A DNA stretch of 64,000 bases from a virus. The stretch spans positions 3,946-67,945 of the IMG/VR virus record IMGVR_UViG_3300017991_000104; one strand, 5' to 3'. Under the pieces are notes generated by a model. It was not told the DNA's origin. It did not search any database and saw nothing but the letters and a program-made list of their open reading frames with translations. Below are positions 56,949-64,000 of the stretch, in pieces; within the stretch, counting starts at the first letter, position 1, and each line of letters starts with the position of its first letter. The position numbers and the translations under genes are program-made.

Positions 56949-57926
56949 TTACATATCTCCATAAACTACTGATAAAGTGGCCCTTACGACAGCTTCGTGT
57001 AAATTGGGGTGTAACGAGTTAACCTCAGTCACTCTCACCTCCTCAAAATGACACTTTTTCCACTTGTAAGAAGCTACCAAATCTGGGTAGTTGATACTGT
57101 TAACCTTCCGACCTAAGTAATCCAATGGTAGCACGCCGCTATTAGCAGCCTCATTTGTGTCCATCAGCCAAATTGTCTTGTCTTTCTGGAGTCTATAAAC
57201 GTCCAGAATATTGTTTCTATCGAACCTATTCTCTGCAATCACATGAAACAGCACATCCTGATAGGTCCACAGGGAACCATTCCCTAGCTCATAACCCTTT
57301 GAGTCCATCTTCGGAACTATCTCAATAACCACAGCGGGTAGCTGTATCCTGTGATGTGAGCCTATGGACCAGTCTCCCGTCATCTCGTCCTGGGTGAACT
57401 CAATGGATTCTGCGGCAAAAGAGTTAAGGTGGAGTTGCTGGAACCATGGGGCGTTATCAGCCTTGTAGACCTGCACAGACCGGAAACTATAGTTAGCTTG
57501 TACATCGGATGTTGTGGGCAGGGCACTGTCGAACACCACCTGACCCTCAGGGTAGTTCACATACCATCCATAGGTTGCATCACCGGAAGGATACATTGTG
57601 CCATCTACTTGTATCCCAGTGATGTTGATGGGGTCTGGGTTAGTGGCGGCATCGTCAAACTCCACACCAGTCTCATGGACCCAGTCTTTACGGAAGCCTT
57701 CCCATACTTGACCACTTGACCTAGCTTTGTCTTCGGCCATTCTCAGGATATGATTGTAGCCACCCGCAATGCCAGTTGTGGGGATTACCACATCCTGCCA
57801 CCCACCTATCGACAGGAAGGCCCAGTCACTCCACATCTCTAGGGCATTCTCTATCTCGTTAGACAACCCAGGATTGCTTAACTGAAAGATGCCTTTAAAC
57901 TTGTCAGTATTCTGTGGACAACCCAT
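56949..57926 (-). CDS. Putative tail terminator / neck protein
   Basis: Immediately before the tube gene; RIQLPAVVIE...YQDVLFHVIAE. Confidence 0.55.
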   Translation of the reverse strand: MGCPQNTDKFKGIFQLSNPGLSNEIENALEMWSDWAFLSIGGWQDVVIPTTGIAGGYNHILRMAEDKARSSGQVWEGFRKDWVHETGVEFDDAATNPDPINITGIQVDGTMYPSGDATYGWYVNYPEGQVVFDSALPTTSDVQANYSFRSVQVYKADNAPWFQQLHLNSFAAESIEFTQDEMTGDWSIGSHHRIQLPAVVIEIVPKMDSKGYELGNGSLWTYQDVLFHVIAENRFDRNNILDVYRLQKDKTIWLMDTNEAANSGVLPLDYLGRKVNSINYPDLVASYKWKKCHFEEVRVTEVNSLHPNLHEAVVRATLSVVYGDM

Positions 57927-58591
57927 TACTTAATCCTCTTGGTTACTTCTTTCGTGACAAGAGCCGCCACTTCGTCTTCCACTGTATTCACCGCATCAGT
58001 GACAAAGTTCTTTCCTGCTATCCCACTGAACTCAGGGGGTACCCGCCATGACTTACCACGCGATGCAACCATGACTACACCACCAGCACGACTCTTAGGG
58101 GTCGGCTTATACTCAATTTGATAGTCAAGAATAATAGCTTGGTCACCATAGTTCAGTAGCCAATCAAGCCAGCGAATCTCGCTACCCTTCTCAGTGGTAT
58201 ACATTGCATCTGAGAGATTTATCACATCACTATAGTCGCTAGGAATCATAGTAATGGATATGCCGCCCATAAGCTTTTTGCCCTGGACTCGTATCTTATT
58301 GATTTTGACAACAAGGGAGTTGCTCCATGCTGCAAGTATCGCATCCATATTCTTCTGAGGATTCCTCAATCCAAATTCGTCTTGAAGTTTCCCAGATACA
58401 ATAGAATCGTAAGTGGGCGATTCACGAATGGCGTTTATCACCAACTGTCGCGTGCCAGCTATGATAGGGGCACGTGCAGAGTCCAATGCTCGATTAACCA
58501 CCCCACGGATGGCATCAAGAATCTTCCTCTCTATTTGTCCCTGGCTCTCTTTGAGCGACAGCGATGCTTTTATCACGACGTTTGCTCCCAT
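57926..58591 (-). CDS. Putative neck / tail completion protein
   Basis: Position in the head-tail module; WLDWLL...G. Confidence 0.5.
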   Translation of the reverse strand: MGANVVIKASLSLKESQGQIERKILDAIRGVVNRALDSARAPIIAGTRQLVINAIRESPTYDSIVSGKLQDEFGLRNPQKNMDAILAAWSNSLVVKINKIRVQGKKLMGGISITMIPSDYSDVINLSDAMYTTEKGSEIRWLDWLLNYGDQAIILDYQIEYKPTPKSRAGGVVMVASRGKSWRVPPEFSGIAGKNFVTDAVNTVEDEVAALVTKEVTKRIK

Positions 58592-59103
58592 GTAGTTAGG
58601 ATGTATGCATCAGCACCCCAACCTAATGGCTCAGGGTCGCCCACTCTCTGAAAAATGTACTTACCATACGGTTCGATGTCAGTATCGAATACTATCTTTT
58701 GAGCCTGCACGATATCGTCATGGGTCGTAATCTTACTGAGAGTTAAGGCGGTCTTCCCTGGCGTTTTCACATTGGTGCTCATCTTGAGCCACTCTTTACT
58801 GTTGAAGAGTACCATGATGTTCATAGACTTTGTGTTATCCGTAGGTGGTGTCTTACCCCTGCCATTACAGATGGGGCACACCATGCCGCGTGTGAACGAC
58901 CGTGGACCAGTCCCATTGTATATCCCCGAAGACCTGTTGTTAACTGGGTCATACGTACAGTTGGGGCATAGCGTCCAATCTGTTTCTCCGTACACAAGCC
59001 GACACGGCACTGTTAGAGCAGTAGCCTCCAACAGCGAATCAATCATGTTTGTATACAGCGTCTTCATATCAGCCGTAATAATACCACTAAACGGATTAGT
59101 CAT
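58573..59103 (-). CDS. Putative head-tail adaptor with zinc finger
   Basis: CPNC...CPICNGRG; position. Confidence 0.5.
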   Translation of the reverse strand: MTNPFSGIITADMKTLYTNMIDSLLEATALTVPCRLVYGETDWTLCPNCTYDPVNNRSSGIYNGTGPRSFTRGMVCPICNGRGKTPPTDNTKSMNIMVLFNSKEWLKMSTNVKTPGKTALTLSKITTHDDIVQAQKIVFDTDIEPYGKYIFQRVGDPEPLGWGADAYILTTWEQTS

Positions 59104-59108
59104 AATTC

Positions 59109-59327
59109 TTACCCTGTAGCATTGTCACCTGTGTAGTAACGAACATCATCAAATCGGTCTTCATACTTACCAGAGATTTCCGCAAGTGTGGGAACTCTCG
59201 GCAGTGTATGGTATTCCGAGCCATCATCAATGGCTTGACCGGATGGCGAGATGCGTGTAGTACGAATGATGACAGTACCATTCTTAATCGGATTACCCGA
59301 AAGGGAGTTGATAATATCCTGTCCCAT
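59109..59327 (-). CDS. hypothetical virion-region protein
   Basis: TAATG-coupled start MGQDII. Confidence 0.55.
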   Translation of the reverse strand: MGQDIINSLSGNPIKNGTVIIRTTRISPSGQAIDDGSEYHTLPRVPTLAEISGKYEDRFDDVRYYTGDNATG

Positions 59328-60112
59328 TAGAATGAAACCTCCATTACTGTGTAGATGGCGGCACCCCATCTGACAGTGTCACCACCACCAGTAGAATCCC
59401 TAACCTGTATAGCCAACGCATCGTTTGTATCATCAGCGATGGCACGAAATTCAAAATTAGCATCATCAGCGTAGCCAGTTGTACTAACGAAGGTAAGTAG
59501 TGACGAAGTCCCACTCTGATTCCTTAATAGTCCATTCATAGCACACTCAAACGATTTAGTGCAACCGGTAGAAGTCCCAATGAGTTCAGCCCTCCAACCC
59601 CATAATGTGTTAGAGGCAAGGGACGGTACCTGTGCGTAGTTATCATCCAGGTATAGGGTTGACCACCCTGTTCCCGAATGAGTAATTTCAGCACCGACTA
59701 TAATCTCTTCCTTTTGAACATCACCAGCGTCACCGAACATACCACCACCATGAGTGATAACATTCTGATTAGTCGTCTTGCCCTTGGTCCCTTGTACCGT
59801 TGCGTATTTACTTTGTAATTGATTGCCCGAACCTAGACCAATAGGCTCCCACACAGCACCGCTGATGCTCGCATCGGTGCATAAGTACATTCCATTGTTT
59901 GTAGTATCTAGCCACTTACTCCACGTGTAGAACCAGCCATTGCCAGCCGTGTTGCCACTATCATCGTTAGCTACGGGTATACCAGTATCCATGATGACTG
60001 GACCTACCCTATCAGCCAACTCTTTAAAGCTGGTCGTCATGGTAGTGCCACCGGACTGAGTAGTCGGCTCCACTACCATCACACCACGATATGTTACAAT
60101 TGAAGCAGCCAT
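59327..60112 (-). CDS. putative virion structural protein
   Basis: G/T/S-rich; WLDTTNNGMYLCTDA...AVW fibre-like motif. Confidence 0.6.
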   Translation of the reverse strand: MAASIVTYRGVMVVEPTTQSGGTTMTTSFKELADRVGPVIMDTGIPVANDDSGNTAGNGWFYTWSKWLDTTNNGMYLCTDASISGAVWEPIGLGSGNQLQSKYATVQGTKGKTTNQNVITHGGGMFGDAGDVQKEEIIVGAEITHSGTGWSTLYLDDNYAQVPSLASNTLWGWRAELIGTSTGCTKSFECAMNGLLRNQSGTSSLLTFVSTTGYADDANFEFRAIADDTNDALAIQVRDSTGGGDTVRWGAAIYTVMEVSF

Positions 60113-60120
60113 TGTATTCC

Positions 60121-60687
60121 TTAGTTTCTAAAGTACCCACCACGATATGGCCCACCAGAGTACCCACCATTATTGCCTAAATATGGGTAAGCCGTTGTGC
60201 CAAGATTGGCAGGGTTGAAATCGTTGCTGATGAACGGTGACAGGATAGCCTGACAGATATTCCCATTACCAAACATCCATTGGTTCTTTAGCTCGTCATA
60301 AGCAGCACACGGACCATTATCAAGTAGTTCTTTATAACCATCTAAGTGCCCTATTGTAGACAATGTAGCCGGTCCCGCCCTGGCCCTTAGCCCTGCCAAT
60401 GCCGCCCTGGTTCGAAACTCACTAAGGTCAGCAAGACATGCAGCTTTAAGTGTCGTCATATTCATAAACGCATCATCTTTTGTAGCTGTAACGCTTGGGT
60501 CGGGCGATATACTAGCAGGAGAAATACCGATTGTATATGTAGTATCAAAATCTAGCTCTTGATACACTAACTGTGCCCCAACCGATAATAGCTGTTCAAG
60601 ACGCATGTCAGTAAATTGCTCATCATCTTGGTCCATATCATTAATAAGGATACGGAGCATTAAAACCATATCATCTTGCCATGCCAT
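60121..60687 (-). CDS. Putative head-tail connector
   Basis: LRILINDMD...FTDMRLEQLL resembles gp6/gp15-type connector N-termini. Confidence 0.55.
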   Translation of the reverse strand: MAWQDDMVLMLRILINDMDQDDEQFTDMRLEQLLSVGAQLVYQELDFDTTYTIGISPASISPDPSVTATKDDAFMNMTTLKAACLADLSEFRTRAALAGLRARAGPATLSTIGHLDGYKELLDNGPCAAYDELKNQWMFGNGNICQAILSPFISNDFNPANLGTTAYPYLGNNGGYSGGPYRGGYFRN

Positions 60688-61007
60688 TAGGAAACCTCTG
60701 CTACATTTTTATGTACATCGAATTCATAGATGTCAGAATACCACGAACCAGCAACCAGCGTTACATGGGCCTGTAATCTCCATCGACCATCCTGGTTTAA
60801 ATCACCCGATACAGTCACATATTGGATAATACCATCTGTTCCATCAGTATAATACACCGCTGTCCGCTGAATAGACGTTCCATTAGGACGCTTAAATAGG
60901 AAATTTAGAGCAGTAGCACCAGATAAGTCCACGGCAGAACTTCCGTCTTTTACTGTTACCCTAAAAATGGTACCAATATCGTTTTTGTGTACTTCGTTAG
61001 CAGGCAT
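60687..61007 (-). CDS. BppU-like Ig-fold virion protein
   Basis: NDIGTIFRVTV...VDLSGA...KRPNG...DGIIQY...DLNQDGRWRLQ. Confidence 0.65.
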   Translation of the reverse strand: MPANEVHKNDIGTIFRVTVKDGSSAVDLSGATALNFLFKRPNGTSIQRTAVYYTDGTDGIIQYVTVSGDLNQDGRWRLQAHVTLVAGSWYSDIYEFDVHKNVAEVS

Positions 61008-61009
61008 AA

Positions 61010-61222
61010 CTACCTCTCTAATGTTACTTCTACAGCTTGGTCTATATACATAGTTTGTGGTCGTACTTGGTCAATATACATAGTTCGACCCTCCACAGCG
61101 TTAATATACATTGTCCTAGTTACTAAATCTTCATTACCTGTAGTATTATATGCACTACCAACTAATGTGTCACATGTAAAATGCCACGCTCGGAATGTTC
61201 TCGAAGCAAAAGTATTTTTCAT
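61010..61222 (-). CDS. small virion-region protein with TMYI repeats
   Basis: RTMYIN / RTMYIDQ / QTMYIDQ at 10-aa spacing. Confidence 0.55.
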   Translation of the reverse strand: MKNTFASRTFRAWHFTCDTLVGSAYNTTGNEDLVTRTMYINAVEGRTMYIDQVRPQTMYIDQAVEVTLER

Positions 61223-62853
61223 TAGTTCAGTGCTATATTGGTTCGATTGCCATTAATATCTACTGTGACGGTTACGCGAGTAGTAGTGCCATCCAAGCCC
61301 TTGAATACTTCGGTTCCAGTCCCAGCACCCGACACAATTCCTGCCAAAATGGCTGCCATATACTGCATAGCTTGCTGTGGTGTTTTACCGTCGATGCCAC
61401 TAGCCCATGTCCATACTTCCTCAGCGGTAAGCGTACCTGTCGCTGTGGCCCAGTTAGACTCACCTGTTGCCACTACATTGTTGATATCCGTTTTGGTTGC
61501 ATAGTCGACTACAGACGTTCCATCCCAGCCAGTAATGTTAACCCCATTTGTTAAGGTTCTAGTTGGACTTATCCACACGTCCGAAGCTGCATGAGTACTA
61601 AACCCAACAGCAGTAAGCCAATTAGCCTGGCCGGTTGTTACAACGTTGTCAACGTCGGTCTTCGTGGCATACGGTGTAACAGTAGACCCATCCCAACCAG
61701 TAACATTAACATCGAAACATACTGAGCCGCCATCAGTCAGGGTACGTGTAGCATAGTTCCAGACACCACTAGGGTCATGTGTTGAAAAACCCGTGGCAGT
61801 AAGCCAGTTGGCCTGACCTGTAGTCACAATATTGTCAACATCCACACGACGGGCATAGTCTACTACCGCAGTACCACTCCAACCCGTGACATTTATATCT
61901 GTAGCCGTTGTCCAATAAAGCTGACCACTAGCAACAACCGCCTCTAATTCTGTACTGGTAGCGATATCTGGAGTAGCACCTTGCACACCTGTAATATTTA
62001 CGTCAATTGTATCTGGAACATTAACTGAGTCCCCGTCTATCCCGGTAACATTAACATCCATGTTGGTGAGGGTTCTAGTTGTAGCCGCCCAAACATCAGT
62101 AGCAGCATGCGTACTAAAACCTGTCGCTGTAATCCAGTTCAATTGACCACTTGCTACAATCTCTTCAAGTTCAGCACTAGTCGCATAATCCACAACAGCA
62201 GTGCTATCCCACCCCGTTACATTCACATCCATTGTGTCTGTAAAGTCAGATGGCTCGCCGTTGATACCGGTAACGTTCACATCCATGTTTGTTAGTGTTC
62301 GAGTCGCAGATGTCCATATATCCGCCGCACTATGCGTGGAAAATCCGACAGCCGTAATCCAATTAGACTGTCCACTAGCAACGATTGCCTCTAACTCAGC
62401 ACTTGTAGCATAGTCTACTACGGCAGCACCATTCCATCCTGTCACATTCACATTAGATATATCTGCCGTACTCCAATTAGCCTCGCCAGTTACCACCACA
62501 TTGTCAATGTCTACCTTTGTCGCATAGTCGGTTACCACAACTCCGTTCCAACCAGTAACATCTACGTCTCGAATCTCAGGATATATCATAAGCGGGTCTA
62601 TAGCAATTGACCCTGTGCCTGTGCTGTCCGGTACAAGCACAAGAGCATCAGCATTTGTTTCCGCCTTTGTAAAATCAAACCAATATGTACCACCAGTGAT
62701 TTCGACAGGATGTGTATCTCCAAGTGCAGTAGCCGCAGCCCCATCCTTAGACAAAGTTGCTATGATATCGCTAGCAATACCAACAGCCGCTATATCATTG
62801 TCGGTATCATGTGCGTAAACGTACACACCTTGATTTGATTCATTCTTAAACAT
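61222..62853 (-). CDS. Repeat-rich fibre / decoration protein
   Basis: Modules VNVTGWxG..VVDYAT, VxxGQxNW, FSTH..VW..TRTLT repeated several times. Confidence 0.7.
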   Translation of the reverse strand: MFKNESNQGVYVYAHDTDNDIAAVGIASDIIATLSKDGAAATALGDTHPVEITGGTYWFDFTKAETNADALVLVPDSTGTGSIAIDPLMIYPEIRDVDVTGWNGVVVTDYATKVDIDNVVVTGEANWSTADISNVNVTGWNGAAVVDYATSAELEAIVASGQSNWITAVGFSTHSAADIWTSATRTLTNMDVNVTGINGEPSDFTDTMDVNVTGWDSTAVVDYATSAELEEIVASGQLNWITATGFSTHAATDVWAATTRTLTNMDVNVTGIDGDSVNVPDTIDVNITGVQGATPDIATSTELEAVVASGQLYWTTATDINVTGWSGTAVVDYARRVDVDNIVTTGQANWLTATGFSTHDPSGVWNYATRTLTDGGSVCFDVNVTGWDGSTVTPYATKTDVDNVVTTGQANWLTAVGFSTHAASDVWISPTRTLTNGVNITGWDGTSVVDYATKTDINNVVATGESNWATATGTLTAEEVWTWASGIDGKTPQQAMQYMAAILAGIVSGAGTGTEVFKGLDGTTTRVTVTVDINGNRTNIALN

Positions 62854-62857
62854 TTGT

Positions 62858-64000
62858 TTACCTTAATAATATAATCTTTTGTTGCCCCGATGGGTTTTTT
62901 AGGAGTATCTTGGGAAAACCGTCGAAATAGTAGTTGGCAGACGAGCCACTAATTGATCCTGCATAGCTGGTGTGAGAATTAGAAACAAACAGGTATTGAT
63001 ACTTCATAGCAGAGACAGGTAGTGTCACCGTAAGTGTTGCTTCCAATGTTCCGTAATGGCTACCTGTACGAATATAAGCAGTGACCGTGGCACCCACACG
63101 CTTAACCGTGACATAGTACCTCACTCCTGTGGAAGGACCAAGCCACGTATCGTAGCTAGGAGACTTATAGTTAGCAAGTCCAATTCGTTCAGCGTACCAG
63201 TACACGGCGACCGCATCTGTACCTCCCCACGCCCCACCGTGCGTAACACTGTTTGCCACAGCCCACGGATACCAAACTACACTGTCCACGACAGAATTTA
63301 CCTGAAAGTCGAACCGATGGGTGAAGGTGTCAAAATAGTCAGCCCCATAGTCTTTGTAGATATGTGCGATATCGTTTGTTAATCCGGTCACCACTACTCC
63401 GTAATCAGTAGTTGTGTAACGACCATTTTCATCCTTAAGGACATATGCATCAAGGGGCTCAGTAGTAACACCATTGGCGGTATAGGTGTAGTTCTGGGAA
63501 TAACCCGTCGCCGCATAGGAATTACCATTGTTCGAGGAGTTGGCAAAAAACTCATACTGGTAAGTTCGCCCCGTTGGCACATCCACCGACAAAGTATCTA
63601 CCAATGTGCCAGTGTGAGAACCAGTCCTAATATATACTGTTAACGACGTACCGCTTCGGACAGCTTCAACAAAGTAAACCACATCTCGAACCAACGCGGT
63701 ACTCCATTTATAGTCATACTCTTCATATTCCAGAAGTAGCATTTTGAACTCACCAGCAAGGTTATACCACAGCAATCCTATAGCCTCAGGGGCATCATTC
63801 TGCCACGCCTTTTCATCATCAATGTCGTTGCTTACAGCCCAGGTTGTCCAAGAAGACGTTAGGGCCGCAGCGGTCAATTCCGTTTCAAACCTCACAGTAA
63901 AATCCCCAATAGCCCCCGCACCCACATCCCGGTAGCACCACGCATCCTCATTACGAGTCAAACCATCCACATCAATACGATTCTTGGTCACCTCAAAGCG
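62858..64000 (-). CDS. Tandem lectin/ConA-like domain protein, truncated by the window edge
   Basis: Two ~185-aa repeats each with YIRTGSH.GTL..TL.V...YQY.F; frame open to the window end. Confidence 0.65.
   Translation of the reverse strand, partial: RFEVTKNRIDVDGLTRNEDAWCYRDVGAGAIGDFTVRFETELTAAALTSSWTTWAVSNDIDDEKAWQNDAPEAIGLLWYNLAGEFKMLLLEYEEYDYKWSTALVRDVVYFVEAVRSGTSLTVYIRTGSHTGTLVDTLSVDVPTGRTYQYEFFANSSNNGNSYAATGYSQNYTYTANGVTTEPLDAYVLKDENGRYTTTDYGVVVTGLTNDIAHIYKDYGADYFDTFTHRFDFQVNSVVDSVVWYPWAVANSVTHGGAWGGTDAVAVYWYAERIGLANYKSPSYDTWLGPSTGVRYYVTVKRVGATVTAYIRTGSHYGTLEATLTVTLPVSAMKYQYLFVSNSHTSYAGSISGSSANYYFDGFPKILLKNPSGQQKIILLR

Overview
This 64 kb window looks like part of a large (probably jumbo) tailed dsDNA phage genome using the standard genetic code, with two long convergent gene blocks meeting at about 37.1 kb. 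The + strand block (1-37.1 kb) holds an atypical tRNA-Tyr and a replication/recombination set: RecA, a UvsY-like protein, DnaB with a class 3 intein, DnaG, dNMP kinase, a Cas4/RecB-like nuclease, SSB, a sigma factor and a Rad52-like annealase. It also carries a DnaE polymerase split into two genes about 5.2 kb apart with no split intein, a GGQ-only mini release factor, many small orphans, and a ~10 kb glycosyltransferase/nucleotidyltransferase cluster whose first GT carries an intein. The - strand block (37.1-64 kb) is a virion module: putative head-tail joining proteins, a tail tube with an internal duplication, chaperones, a 2460-aa tape measure protein with a possible nuclease-like insert, large tail tip proteins and lectin-like proteins. 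No capsid, terminase or tail sheath gene was recognised in the window. The best novelty candidates are the two-subunit DnaE, a possible virion glycosylation system (GT cluster plus S/T-G-rich virion proteins), a pseudoknot/SD-hairpin leader on a 55-aa ORF, the mini release factor and the tape measure insert. All assignments come from reading motifs by eye; no searches were run.
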